Shown in pieces: positions 26,602-40,876 of a stretch of 64,000 nt of DNA. The DNA is from Azolla caroliniana (lineage: Eukaryota > Plantae > Polypodiophyta). The position numbers were made by a program, and so were the translations under genes. Position 1 is the stretch's first letter. Each line of letters starts with the position of its first letter. Below the pieces are notes generated by a model. It was not told the origin of the DNA. It searched no databases and saw only the letters and a program-made list of their open reading frames with translations. The stretch is from the NCBI GenBank assembly GCA_043228905.1, contig JBHGNT010000005.1, positions 4,402,001 through 4,466,000 on the forward strand. The letters run 5' to 3'.

Positions 26602-28681
26602 TTAAAATATGAATACGATGCCGTCATGGATTCTTGACTTTTGATTTTGTGCCACGCACTCAGATATCCACATGAGATTCCGAATCTCTTGCTCTCGCAA
26701 TCTCACATATGCGAAGAAAACTGCATAATGGAACTGTGCATCCAAAACAAAATACATACTAAGCCTACCTTGGAAAATAGTAGAGTGCTAGATTTTATGA
26801 TCAATCCACTTCATTGATTTTAATTCCTCACAAATTTTATATTAACCATCTACCTGTTGCTCAAATGCCAAACAAAGCCTCTTCACTTCCTCCTCGTAGA
26901 ATGCTTTATCGAGCATCTGGCTCTCACCATAAGAAAGCTTTGCAAATATAGAATTATATGTCGGGTATTTCTCCATCACCCCACGAACCTATACATAATA
27001 CATTCACTTAAACATCTATATGCAAAATCCCCAAAAAGCTAATTGAGTTACTTATAGATCTATTGTTTTTCACAAAATATCATGATCTATTTATATGCCC
27101 TTGTAAGTCTATCTAAAAACCCAAAATTCTTTAAAATGCTTGTTTGTGTTTTACAAATATCAACTATTGACATGCACTTTTGAGGCCATTTTTAAACAAT
27201 GACACAATAAAGGAGAGAAATACCTGATCAAAATCCTCGCACAGGGCAAGCTCCTCATGACCATATGGATGCCTGTAACATGTTAAGATTGAAAAGTTTG
27301 TCAAAAGACATGGGCATGCATTTTTGTTCCTCAGTATGTCAAACAGGCAATAGAAAAGATTACAATAGTCCAAAGTTGGAATATAGCTTTCTCCGGTCGT
27401 CTCGAGTGAGCTCAGTGCCGATACTGTTGAACAAAAATGCAAAATTCTTTTACCACTTTGAAAACAAGATAATGTTTTCCATATTCGAATAAAAAAACAA
27501 GATAATGTTTTCCATATTCATTAAGCTATTTCAGCAATCTATCATGATCACATATTTCTTTTTCTTCTGGAACTAGAAAAAGAATCACTAACTAGGGAAA
27601 TCACTCATAATTAGATTTGATCAGAAATGATCCTTTTTACACATTATTCCAATACAGAAGGTATACAAACTCATGGGCTACACCAAGATTGAATCTAGAA
27701 AAAGATATGCAATTCTGATTTTTTCCCTGGTTCTAGATATTCCAAAGTACACGAGCGGTAAATAGTGAAAGAACTCAAAAATATCTCTAAACCTTTGGGT
27801 ATGTAACAGAATACTTAAGGTTTTCCAAATTTTGTGCAAACACTCGCATGGAGTAGTTGTAAATGGTAGTACACAGGCATATTATAGCAAGTGTCTAATA
27901 AAGAAGAGCCCATAAGAACACCAAAATATCCCTGAATCTTTGTGTATTTACCAGAATGCTAGAAATTTCCAAAATTTACAGGAACATCCCCCATAGATTC
28001 TAGTTGATGTTGTACAAAATAACACTGGAAATGTCTAAAAAAGAATGGCCCATAAGAACTCCAGACTCTAATGTGTCTAGGTATGTACCAGAAATTATGC
28101 TAGAATTTTGACGTCCTTGGAGAATTAGTGTTTTTAATAAGAGATTATATGTGTTCAGAAAATGAATTATTACCTGTTTATGGTAATGTTGACAGCCCGT
28201 CGATCAGCTTCAAAGGCTAACAGATCACACATTATTTCAGAAGTTGCCCCACCAATTTTCTGAAGACGCCCCAAAAAAGTTAATCAATGATTTAAATTAA
28301 CTTCACCACGGGTTGAGCATTACAAGAGAGATTATTTTTAACACTACAGATAAATATATCCATTGGTTCTACAGCTAAATTCATTGCAATAACGTGTTTC
28401 CACTCTAACTATACTACTTTAGCTTCTGAATTTATGTCTAGTCTAGCTTCGGTTTTGGTTTATAATTTGAGGCTTGGAGTTTGGTTTTCCTTTTCAGGAA
28501 ATATGCTCTGAGATTTATGTTCATATGCCATTTTCATAGTAATGTGTCAACAGATCAAACTTAAAAACACATTAAAGATATTCAGATTATAATAATGGCA
28601 TAAGTTTCAAGAATATTTATAGTAACCTATCTTCATGACCATTAGCAAAATAGCCAGAAGATGAAGTTGAATGTATGCCAT

Positions 28682-28721
<40 letters not shown>

Positions 28722-31700
28722 AGTTTGTGAACAAGGAAATAAAGAGAAAAAGTGTTCAATCACCAAGATTCATAATTTTAACATCACTTGCCTTGCAGAA
28801 TTTGTAGAAGTCCTCCAAGTAAGCCTTGTATAGTGTATTCCGCATTATTTCAATGTTCATTTCATCTAAATCCTACATAAAATCAACACACTTCAAGTCA
28901 CAAATTGGTTTACAAGCAATTAATAGAATAACTGCTGTTGTTGATCATGATGCAGCTGAAAAGGAAGACTTAAAAAGAGTAATTTTGAATTATTAGATTT
29001 ACTTCAAGGTTTCCATTGAAATTCAAGGATTGAAGATATGCATCGGAAGTAACAATTTATGTAAGTAACAAACAGGATCTCTAGTGTCAAAAATATCTCA
29101 AACCATAACTCTTAAGGTTCCCATAAATCTCTTTAGAGGCTAGAATGATTCTCTATTAGATCCTTCGATCATCACATGGATGAAGATGATGATGAAAACA
29201 CTGATGATGGGGCTTATCTTGATGCTCATTCTTATCGAGTCATCATTGTCCACATCATTGTAATCCAGATGGAATTCTTAAATACTGTAAATCATTTTTG
29301 TGGATGTTTACAAAGCCATCAAACTTCATTAAAATCATAAGTCAAGTTCCTTATCTATTATCTCAAATATTCCAAATGGTAAGTAAACAAAGAGAGAAAT
29401 TTATATCAAACAAAAAATTATAGGGAAAAGCTGTAAAAATATCCACATTTCTCTTTATTTCTGGTATAGGTACCAAAGAGCATGCATAATTACTTGAGAC
29501 AGGGGTTGGCAAAGGACATTTGGGGAAATACAAAAAACATAGAGGCATTGGGGAGATAAAAAGAAAACTCAAGGTTATCCTAGAGTTTTTCCTGAAATTG
29601 TATCCCACCTCAGATGTTATGCACTCAGCAAAGTACGGAGCGAGAGGAGTGTCAACAAGCACGAGTCGATACAATTCCCTCATGTTCTGAGCAACAGCTA
29701 GTGTCGCAATGCTGCATAAGGTAAAGCATTAAATTAGACAATGAGTGACTATATCTAATAGCCTTTTATGTCTTAACTTTTCTTATACCTTTCAAACATT
29801 CCAAGAGGATGGCATTTTTCCAAAAGCTCCTGTACATCCCTCTCATGCAATGTTCCCGTAACAATGAGCACAATATTATCAATCATGTGCCCATATCTGA
29901 ATCACAACACACCAAATGACTTGACCATATAAATAAACCGTATAATCAAATAACAATATCGCAAGCAGTACAAACCAAAGACAGGGATCAAAAGGAGACA
30001 GACACACAGAGACAAAGATAACACATTTACACAATTTATATTCTAAATAAATTCACAGAGAGGGACAATACGTGATGTACTCCAGAAATGTTGATAAGGG
30101 TTCAGTTGCCTGTGTCAACATGTGTTTATACTCCTCCACTAGTTTTTGAGTGCATTTCTCAACAATTGTCGTCGTGCGCAATGGAGAAGGCTCTGAATTT
30201 AACAAATGCAAATTATAAACTGTAAAGAGGCCTGCAGTATCTCAATTACACTAAAATCTTATAAGATTCAATTTTTTCAACATGCATAAATCTATTGACC
30301 TTTCCTTGATTTTAATTCAAAAGCCAAAAGTGCTGGTTTTGTTTTTCTGCAAAGACATATATGTATCTGTTTTCTATCATTATCTCCGTCAGGAAAATGT
30401 CCAACCAGCAATATCTGAAACTGCTCCTTGATTTGTGACATAGAGGGAATACGGCTCATTTTTTGGTGTCTTTTTCAATGATACATGGATAATGCTAATT
30501 ATTTTCCAGTATTTTTTCATTGTGGCATGAGATAAAATTGCACATTTATCCGGTATGTTTGTTATGTGCCTTGCTTTAATCATCAAATGATTAAGTGAAA
30601 TAAGGTGCAGATCATCTTAATCTAATCCCAAAAAGTCAACACTGCTTTCTATCGCTAAATACTAAATTTTACCCATCCCCAGGCTGTTAGCTAGATAGAT
30701 CTTCTATACAGTAAGTTTAGGTAGCTGTCATATTCACGAAGCTGCTGGCTCTATTATTCCTGAAGCTGATGACACATTTCTTATCTCTGTATTATAGGTG
30801 TTGTTTACAAGATACTTTTTTTGGCTGGAACTCATTAATACTCCAACACAGACGACTAGAGACCAAGTAGTGATTCCAATGCACGTTACATATTTCAAAT
30901 TGGAAGACAATTGACCAGTACTCCATGGTGTTAAGAATAACATTTTGCATGACAATCATGAAGTACCTAACATTTACTACAGGGAGGAATATAATAGGTA
31001 AATCATGAGACTTACTTTGATGAATCATACAAGAGAGAGACAGTGGTTTTGGATTACCCTGTAATGTAAGTTCACTAGCAGAAAATGTGCAGGAGTTTTT
31101 ACGCCTATTCAAATTTGTAATCAAGTAAAAACATGGACCCTACACAGTTCTCAACTTCTCATAACAAATCACATAGGTAATCCCATCGATGTAGCTTTTC
31201 TCAAATCCAATGTAAGCATAGTGCTAAATTTTAAGGGTTCTTCAAGGCTGCTATGAACCACAGAGTAACCACACACATACATGATTACACCGGTTCTCCG
31301 AGCTATGATCTTGAACTGATTTGATGCAATTTTGTGATAGCATTACCCTTCTTTTCTGTTATTATATTGGCACCCTAAGGCTTAGCACCTATATTCTTAT
31401 TCATGACCTTTTACTTAGTCTAATTGCAACAAGATATGATATGAATTTTCATTAATGACCATTGATGACACCTAAAGAGCTTACTCATCTACATGTGAAA
31501 GTTGTAAAGACATCAATAGCAAATTCATCTGTTGTCAACTTGTTCCACATTTTCATCACATCGATAGCAATCCCATAAATCTGGAAGATCGTATTCATCT
31601 ATAATGTGACTTCAATTTGACACTCCACTATCTTCCTTTTAAGAAACCCCAATTCATCTATAATGCGACTTCATTTGAAACTCATTTATCATTCTTTAAG

Positions 31701-32907
31701 AAACCCAATCCATTATATGAATCTAAAATATCCTATTTACCTAATGTAAGAACTCTATTTGCAAATAAATCTTCATTTATATTGCATAAATCAAAGAAGA
31801 GTTTCTTCAATCCAATCATTCTTTTAAGAAACCCAATCCATGATATGAATCTGAAACATTCTACTCACCTAATGTAAGAACTCCTTTATTTGCAAATAAA
31901 TCTTCATTTATATCGCATAAATCAAAGAAGAGTTTCTTCAATCTAATCATCCTTTTAAGAAACCCAATCCATGATATGAATCTGAAATATCCTCTTCACC
32001 TAATGTAAGAACTCCTTTATTTGCAAATAAATCTTCATTTATATCGCATAAATCAAAGAAGAGTTTCTTCAATCTAATCATCCTTTTAAGAAACCCAATC
32101 CATGATATGAATCTGAAATATCCTCTTCACCTAATGTAAGAACTCCTTTATTTGCAAATAAATCTTCATTTATATCGCATAAATCAAAGAAGAGTTTCTT
32201 CAATCTAATCATCCTTTTAAGAAACCCAATCCATGATATGAATCTGAAATATCCTCTTCACCTAATGTAAGAACTCCTTTATTTGCAAATAAATCTTCAT
32301 TTATATCGCATAAATCAAAGAAGAGTTTCTTCAATTCTAATGTATAACAAGATTCTCAAAGCGATTACGCATCTATTGTGACATTTTTAAACAGTTTTCT
32401 GGTATGTTCAATCAGATCAGACCAAACCACCATAGCAAACCCTGAAATAAGCTAGATTTTTGGATTAACTCAGAAAAGAAACCCAGCTACAGATAAAATT
32501 CAAATTCAATTGCCAAGATAATTAACCGATCACAGCCATCATAACTGCTGAATTTTTGGATTAAAACAGGAAAAAACCTCAAATACAGATATATATTGAG
32601 TATTACCATTCTGATAAAACATCCTCAAATATAATGATCAGATCAACCCAATCATAGATTTCCCTTACAAATGAAAACTGTTTGGCTTAAAACTGAAAAC
32701 CCCCAATTATGAATACATACATAAATACATAATTATATATAAGTAAATCTATTGTTGGAGTAGAATATCACTCAAATAATAGTGATATGATCAAAACCAC
32801 CGTAATAATCCTGTATAAAAGCTAAGTTTTTGCAGAAAAAAGAGCAATTTACGCACATATGTGTGTGCTTCCATATATATGTACGTACGTATACATACAT
32901 GCATACA

Positions 32908-32943
<36 letters not shown>

Positions 32944-33294
32944 TATATATATGCAAAGTTACTATTCAAATAACACAAAATATCCCAATTAGTGATCAGA
33001 TCAGCTCATCATACGAACAGCAAAAAAAGCCAAATTGGTTTAAAACCATAAATTTCTAAAACTAATGATAATGAAAATACAGAAAGAGGAGAGAAGAGAA
33101 GGGAGGGGCCTACCATTTTGAAGGAAAGGTCCATAATCGGTAGCCGAGAGATGCATTTTGATGTCATCTAGGGTCTCACACTGACAGAGATTGTTGTAAT
33201 CGACGGCTGTGAGGAGGCCCCCACGATGGCCGCGGACGATGGCCTCCAAATATCCACCGTTGATGTTGAACGTGAGAGCTTCGAACCCATACAT
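26602..33294 (-). CDS. VHA-d: V-type proton ATPase subunit d (V0), 10 exons, 351 aa
   Basis: Exons 33294-33114, 30192-30072, 29896-29789, 29711-29609, 28872-28792, 28259-28174, 27423-27364, 27272-27224, 26988-26854 and 26733-26602 join to 1056 nt. The protein starts [22 protein letters not shown] and ends [22 protein letters not shown]. Confidence 0.96.
31695..32340. repeat. 131-bp minisatellite, ~5 copies, in VHA-d intron 1
   Basis: aagaaacccaatcc occurs at 31698, 31826, 31957, 32088 and 32219; the last copies are essentially identical. Confidence 0.95.
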
Positions 33295-33880
33295 GGCTTG
33301 GCTGCCTTCCTGCGACTCAGATCTCAGATTAACCTGAAGACGAAGAATCTCAGAAAAAGAGGAGAACAAGATGGAGGAAGACCATCTATATTCATTTATT
33401 TAGTTATTTACTCTTCTATTTTTGTATTTGTTTTTTGTCTTTTAAATTTTGATCATTTTTCCTTTGGGTTTTTATTACCTAATTACTTAATTTTCTTCTA
33501 TATGTACATATTTCCTTGGTGTGCATACATATATGTATGTACATACATATTCTGTTTGCATTTTTGTCTTTTTTCTTTTTTTGGTTTTGTTAATTAAATT
33601 ATTTATTTTGGTATGGGACCAGTGGCCTCCGAACATCCACCGCTTGTCCATCAGACAGTTAATTGGCCGGTCAATTGGTTGGGGGCTCTGGTTTCATATA
33701 ATCTTGCCAGTCTCCTTGCCATCTAAAACTACGAGCAAAGCAAAAGAAAGAAGAAGAAGAAGAAATGAGTTCACAGAGCTCATGTGTACACTCCTCGTAG
33801 ACCCATCACTTGCCTGCATTTTGTTCGTTTTCTACTTGTGTCTCCGAAGTGTTTTTGCATGTTGATGATAAGCCTCTTTG

Positions 33881-34000
33881 TTTTTTTTCCAAAAAAAGGA
33901 TACTACGTTAATATTAAGAAACGCCCTAAGGCTATACATACAAGATGTACCTTTCAATAATGAGCCCCTTTCTAAATTCTAACGGTTGGCTATATGCTCG
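33881..34000 (-). mobile_element. 5'-truncated LINE 3' tail (120 bp) with a 15-bp TSD
   Basis: Flanked by tgataagcctctttg (33866-33880 and 34001-34015), with a T-run at the left end. Its reverse complement matches the LINE 3' UTR at ~63905-64000. Confidence 0.8.
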
Positions 34001-34436
34001 TGATAAGCCTCTTTGATGTTTCATTATGATCAATCAGTTCCTTCCAAGAAAGGATTTGGCCATCCCACGATCACCAAATGAGATTATGGTAATACCACTG
34101 TAGTCATGATGCTCCATATATATGCAAAGTGCACATACATTGGCAACATTGAGCACCTCATGCGAAAAAGAATGTGATTATTCCCTTTAAGTGTTGTCAC
34201 ACATGATCCAATTCTTTTGTAGACATAATTTTGTTCCCAAATATTCATAAAAATTGTTAATTCCCCCATCACACACCTATTAATTGGTAAATGGGTCATT
34301 TCCTTGTAAATTAAGTGCCAAATCTTAGCTTTGATAATCATAGGACTTCTTATAGTAGCTACCCTTCTTCTTCTTCAGTTGGTTGATTCTTAAAGGTGAT
34401 AGTAGATACCATCATACACGAGAGTTCATCCTTAAT

Positions 34437-34891
34437 TGTAAGAGACATGAACTAATTTAAGCATTAGATAAGGATAGAATATAGATCTAGATAGAAAGGA
34501 GAGAGAGAAAGAAGGGTGTCGATCCACCCGACAACCCTCAAGCGAAGGGATTGAGACGGACTCGAGCCTCGGTCGGCGTCCCATACCACCACCATGGCGT
34601 CGAGTCGTACCTGGTGCTGGCGCGCTCGCTACAAGAGTTGACCCACCACAAGACAGAGTCTCGACGTAGTCAACAAGATGATGAAATGAGGGTAGTTAGG
34701 CCTCTTATTTATAGCAATACCCAAGGCCCCCAGGAAAATTCACACTTGGCCTAATGGGTTGTCTCAATCCCGAGGATTAAAAGTAATCCTCCCCTTCTTT
34801 ACACTCTCGTTTAACCCTCACACTTATCCACGTGTATAGAATACTACGGTAAATTCTGACCACGGGATATTATATGGTCATGATCGTAACA
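34437..34891 (-). mobile_element. Solo LTR of the same family as the outer chromovirus at 50664-63079
   Basis: TG...CA ends, 455 bp, flanked by TSD TTAAT (34432-36 and 34892-96). Aligns along its length to 50664-51119 and 62627-63079. Confidence 0.93.
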
Positions 34892-36106
34892 TTAATTCTA
34901 TATACATTGGTGGGATACGTGATATGTTTTGTTGTACTAATATCTTATCAAAAAGGAAAGATGGCAATACATCCCTATCTATGATTATTTGTATCTCAAA
35001 AAGTAATAATTCAAACATGTCCATATTCATAGTATGAAGTTCAACCAGTGGAGGTATTTGGGTAGGGTTTAGGGCTAAGTGTGGTGGTAGCATCATGGCA
35101 TCATCACCCAAAATGAAGATATGCAAGGTATGCAATTGCAAACTAGTGGGGGATGAATATCACTTACTTATTGCATATTCAATGTATAAGGCGATTCACA
35201 CGAGATATGCTAACTTCTTAAACTAGCACGATAATGTAAGTATAATGCTAATGTCCGCCAATAAGGGTGAGCACATATGTGCATGCATTATTTTCACGTA
35301 GAAATTTTTTACTACAAAGTAGTAATCCCCTTCTTAGGAAGGAGATATATACACGATTATATGTTGACTTGGTTCCGTAGGTCAAATTTGGCCTCTTGCA
35401 GACAATAAAACATGGATTCTATATTATTCTACTAAAACCAACCACCTTTTCATGAGTAGGTATACTCATACTTTCTCTACTATGACCAAATTTGATCTTT
35501 GTTCCCTAAGTTTTATTTAGTATAAATGAGCCTACATGGATTTCGCTTTTACTAAAGCTTTGTTCTCATGATATTCAACATCAAGACTTGATACTTGCAA
35601 GTCAATCCTTGGTAATGCCTCAACCCAAACAAATATTATTTGCACTTAAGAAATCATTTGAGGTGTTTACCTTCGACAAGGTTACCATCTCCCTTTTGAA
35701 ACTCCATCTTGGCCACTCAAGCTCCACTAACCTCTCCAAATGAGGAAGATAATTCTCCAATAAGAACCTCAAAAGATGCATGAGTCACGACACATATATT
35801 CTAAGTATTCATTTCAAGGCAACCAGATGGATAATTGCTTAGGCATTAAGATGACTTGCACAAATTAAGGACTAGTCACAATTACCATACCAAGTTTCCA
35901 TGCCATAAGTTTCCTCATTTCAACTTCGTGAACATTGCTAGTCTACAAATATTGCATTTATTTCGAGACAAAAAGATTGTACAAATTTGGCAAGGTATTA
36001 CTTCAAAATTTATGCTCATATTGTTAGCACTATGTGTGCTTTAGCCGGTTAGTATGTGTCTCAGACACACTCATCCGTGAGAATATGAGATGATGAACTA
36101 GTTGGT

Positions 36107-37090
36107 TGTAGAATAGCGACTAGGATCTTTTGTGTGAATCAAACAAAGAGATACAACACGTGAGAAGTAATCTAATATACTATGCAACACAAATATTGAA
36201 CAAGAAGATGACAATTACATAGAGAGATAGTTTTTGTTCAAGAGACAATCGTATTATTAATCCCGCCAGAACTTCTTTACAAGATAGAGTTTCTCTCTTT
36301 TATAGTTAGGGTAACTAAGCCCAATCTATGAGAGTGTTCACACTAGGAACATAATTGGGCGGAGTAGGACTTTTACTTCAACAAACTCCCCCATAAAGAA
36401 CAACTCTAATTCTTTACAATGAAATGGGGTTATCTCCCCCATAAGCTTAAATTACATTTCAAATTTAAACTACGATTAGTATTTTACAAGTTGGATCGGT
36501 AGTGGTAAAGTCAACTAGTTGCCGAATCGGCTTTCGACCCTTTGGCCATCGACTTCTTTCGTCGTTGGTCCTCATTCCTTCTTCCAGATCGATGATCGGC
36601 TTCCCGCTCCTTCTGCCCTTTGATCGTCTTGTAGCCTTTTGGCTTTCTCGGACTCAGTGGCCACTACAACCTTTTAGTTGTTCGGGTTATTGACTTTGTC
36701 GTTTCGGCTTGTTCAGCCCCTTCTGATTTTTGACTCCCCTGCTGCTCCTTCTGATCCGGCTTTTGTTTGCTCCTCCACTTGCAGTAGTCCCATTCGTCTC
36801 CTAAGTGTGCCAAGCGATGATCTAGGAGTGGCTTTGTCAAGATGTCGGTGATGTTTACCTTGGTATCCCCTTTCTATACTTTGAGCTTTTTGTCTATGAC
36901 GAGCTCTCGGATGTGATGGTACCTCACCTCAATATGTTTTGTCTTTGCATGATATACTAAGTTTCAAATGAGGTGGATTGCGCTCTGTGAGTCACAATAC
37001 AAGGTCGGCGTTGGATAGTCGATTCAATTTCTCTCTTTTATAGTTAGGGTAACTAAGCCCTAACTATGAGATTGTTCACACTAGGAATAC
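36107..37090 (-). mobile_element. Internally deleted Ty1/copia element (3' LTR, PPT, RNase H remnant, partial second LTR)
   Basis: LTR at ~36107-36383 with PPT gggggagtt next to it on the minus strand. RNase H 'PTLYCDSQSAIHL..HAKTKHIEVRYHHIRE..DILTKPL' at ~36825-37015. 37029-37088 repeats 36290-36350. Confidence 0.8.
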
Positions 37091-37649
37091 ACAATATAGC
37101 TCGTTCTTTATCTTCAAGGTTTAGAATATGGTTCTAGTAATACACCATAGATTATGATAAAAAAACATATAGCACATGACTTGATATAAGCTTAGAACAA
37201 ATATTCACTAGATGACATTGGTACTACAAATGTTAACTATTTTTTATAGCCAATGCTCATAATATATATTTGTACATTCAACATTTGACTTAGTATTACA
37301 AATGTCTGCTATAATATCATGTCAACCTAACCTTGTTCTTAAGCATAAAAAATGTTTGATACACTAAAGGCTCAAATGAGCAAGATCTAATACCTCCATG
37401 GGATATGAACTTTCATTTGGTGCAATCCCAAGGGTTACAACTTTTAATGATTTTACTTTTGTAACAAAATAATGAATGTGAACACGTTTAAAATATTTAC
37501 ATTCTCTCTTATAGAAACTTGGCAAAATCAAGGGATATCTTAGACCAATGGTATTACAACGAGCTTCACAATTTCATATGGCTTTCATGAGGAAATCCGC
37601 CCATCAATATGTGCAGTGGAGTAGACTATAGATTCATTTGTCTTTCCGC

Positions 37650-38302
37650 TCCTTTACTTCAATGATTTCCTTTCAGACAGAAAGATTGGCTAACATGCTT
37701 CGTCTTTTCACATTGTTTTAGTGTGTTAATGAAGATGATGCATGATCAGGGGACAATTATTAGGTTGGACATGATAGAGATTGGTGGTGGCTACTGATAA
37801 AGAAGAAATTGGTTTCGATTAAGTTTCACGAATAGTCGTTGAAGCCAACTAACTTATCAAACAGCTTGGGCAGCAACTACATAATCCGTTTCCATCAATG
37901 TGACTGCAATTGAAGTCTCATTTGATTTCCAGGATATGGCTCCATCAACAAGAGTAAATACATAGCCAGATGTAGAGTTTTGTGCTCATTTGATTTCCGG
38001 GATATGGCTCCATCAACAAAAGTAAATACATAGCCAGATGTAGAGTTTTGTGCTCATTTGATTTCCAGGATATGGCTCCATCAACAAAAGTAAATACATA
38101 GCCAGATGTAGAGTTTTGTCAGCCCATATCACTACTCCTGTTGGAATCTGACAATCCTGGAATTTGAAGGTGATCCTATATCAGGATTCCATGTTTTGCT
38201 GTGTACTAAAGATATTGTAGCACGGTGAATAATGTACTTGCATATTGTTCTCAATAGTGCATGAATCTGGAGAGTAAGTAGACCTGTAACGAGAGCAATA
38301 TT
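37650..38302 (-). mobile_element. Degenerate Ty1/copia RT-RNase H fragment containing a 68-bp triplication
   Basis: The minus strand reads 'STSGYVFTFVDGAISWKS', 'METDYVVAAQA' and 'EKTKHV'. The 68-bp unit occurs at 37917, 37985 and 38053. Confidence 0.75.
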
Positions 38303-40681
38303 CACTTGAAAAAGGGAGGTGTTTCCGAATGGGCCTACAATTACAGCAACCCTGAGCTGAGCCCCTTGGGGAAATTTTTTAGAATGTTATTGATGAATGC
38401 ACAACATGTTATATGAGCTAAACCTTTCAAACTTCTTTTGTTAACAAATTCAAGATCCTGAACCCCTGAATACACAAATGCTCTTAATATACAAGAGTCG
38501 TTTATGACCAAAGTATTCATGTATAACTTATATAGTTGTGTCATGGGAAATCGCCTGTTTTACATGTATGAGTGTAAACACCATTAGCGTTATCCCATCA
38601 GATTCAGGCAGAAGGTTAATTAGTGACATTCCAGAAACAACCATGTTGAAGTACAAAATCTACATAAAAGCAACAATTAATTATATAACCTACAACCACT
38701 GAAATTAGCAAAACACAAATGTTTCCATTTGAAGTCTATAAAGCTTGTCAGACAAAATTTCACATTAGACTGTCGACGCTTTTTGTATAACTATATGTGT
38801 GCACATGATAGATTTCATATTGATGCTTCTAAACATCACAAGAGGTTCCGACAATAATAATGTCTTCTCTCGATTAAGTATAGTTTCCACATCATTTTTA
38901 GGAGCTTCAAATGGAGATGGAATTTACTTTAGTTCATAGAATTGCATCATGATATTTGAGGCTCGAAGACAAGACAATGTGCATTAAACATTCTCATGTT
39001 TGCCGCACATTACCAAGTCAGTACTCCATCCTAGCAACAGAACACAATCAATGATTTGTATTTTAAGACACCTTTATCAGAACATCTCTTTTTAACATAG
39101 ATTTCTCATCAACAACATCTGTCTGTTTAGCAATGCCAACCGCAAATTTGCTGAGCTCATACTCTTCTTTGACGAAACACCCTGACATCTCAGTTGTCTC
39201 CATGAACCAAAATCAATGAGACCTTGTTGAATGAATAGTAGCTCCCCATTTCAATAGTATCCCAATGTAACTATATGATGGTACTTGTCGCCTACAAATA
39301 TCTGCCCATTTGATAATGTGATGAATCTCAGCGTGAATGACTATTGGTGTTTGTATCCTATAAACATTCTGCATATGCCCATTTAACTATTCTAAATTTA
39401 TATGCATATTAGTCATCCCAATAATATATCAAGTGTGTGACCTCTTCATCTAGAGGTTAAATGACACCAGCATTGACAAGGGAAAAAACTTCGATTATCC
39501 CAAAAAACTCAGACTTTCCGAGAAGAAACAAAAATGAAAATGAAATTTTCAAGAACCCTAACAGTAGCTTAGACTTTTTGAGTACCAAAAACCTTAAATT
39601 CTCTGCATTTTACTAGGAAAATAAACTGGGATGTTATGAGGAGAAATAAGAATAAAAGACTAACTCAGACTTTAAAGTAGCTGGTATATTTCAAGAAATT
39701 AAATAAAAAAGGATTTTAAGAGAAGATTCTGCAATAGATTGGATATTCAACAAACAAAAAACTTGAATTCTCTGCATTACCTTAGGAAAAAAAGTTGGAT
39801 CTTGCAAGAGAGGAAATTAAATAAATTCTGATTTACTGGAAAAAAAGCACTTGAATGCTTTGAGAATTAAATATTTTCAACACATTCACTAGGAAAATAA
39901 ACTCGGATTTTACGGGAGAAAAAAAGGAAGAAAAACAAATAGATTCTCCGAGGAGGAAAAATAGTCAATACATTAATTAGGAAACTGAATTCTCTGCATT
40001 GCCATAGGAAAAAAACTTGGATTTCGCAAGAGAGAAAACTAAATAAGGTCGTAAAATTTTTCAATACATTCATTAGGAGAATAAAATAGGATTTTATGCG
40101 AGAAAAAACACATGATTCTCCTGAGGAGGAAAAAAACTATACATTCCTTAGGAAATAAAATCATAAAAAGATGGATAAAAATAAATTAATAAATCCAAAA
40201 TCTTCAATAATCAATTCATATTTTCACCAAAGCAAAAAAAATGCCATCATTTTTTCCAAGAGGAATCTAAGGATAAAAAAGGAGGATATAGTTATGCTTA
40301 CCGTGCTGGAAAATGCCTCCATAATCACAGGATTCAAGGGGTTCATGTCTGTATTTCTTCGAACAAGTTTCTATCCAGCTTCAATATCTACACCTGAATT
40401 TTTATAGGATAAACGAGTAGGGTAAGATTATGGTTACCATGAGGGAAATGCCGCCAATTGCAACAATTCCTAGATCCATTTCCACATTTCTTCGACCAAG
40501 TAGTAATCCAGGTTCGATAAAGCACCTATTGTGTGGTGAGGGGGGGGGGGGGGCGGGGGGGAGATTTCTGCAATTCTTCTTCGACCAAGTTCTGGGCTCG
40601 AGTCATGATCATCATCATATTTCTTTCGTCTTCGTCGCTAAATACAGAGAAAGAGGAGAAGACAGGAGAGCTCCGAAACAT
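38303..40681 (-). pseudogene. PUR5: Phosphoribosylformylglycinamidine cyclo-ligase (AIR synthase, PUR5/PurM) unprocessed pseudogene
   Basis: Collinear fragments: 'GVDIEAG*KLVRR..DYGGIF' (40393-40302), 'GDKY..IVTLG' (~39290), 'ETTEMSGCFVKEEYELSKFAVGIAKQTDVVDEKSMLKRDVLI' (~39200-39075), 'SGMSLINLLP..LMVFTLIHVKQ' (~38640-38555) and 'LKGLAHITCCAFINNILKNFPKGL..PPFFK*' (~38460-38303). Splice sites are partly retained; stops, deletions and frameshifts are present. Confidence 0.82.
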
Positions 40682-40828
40682 GAAGGAGGAGGAGGAGGTT
40701 TTTCTTTATTTCCCCAGATGCCCCTAGGTTTTCGTTATTCCCACAAAAAAATGCCCTTTTTGGGGGCGCCCCCACAAGCCAATCTAAGTGTGTGTTCATT
40801 TGCACCAAAATTGTGTGAGTGTGTGTGA

Positions 40829-40876
<48 letters not shown>

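Noticed and set aside
29175-29270. Imperfect GAT/ATC-rich fold-back in a VHA-d intron (miRNA-like)
   Set aside because: Pairing comes from trinucleotide low complexity with many mismatches; no known miRNA recognised.
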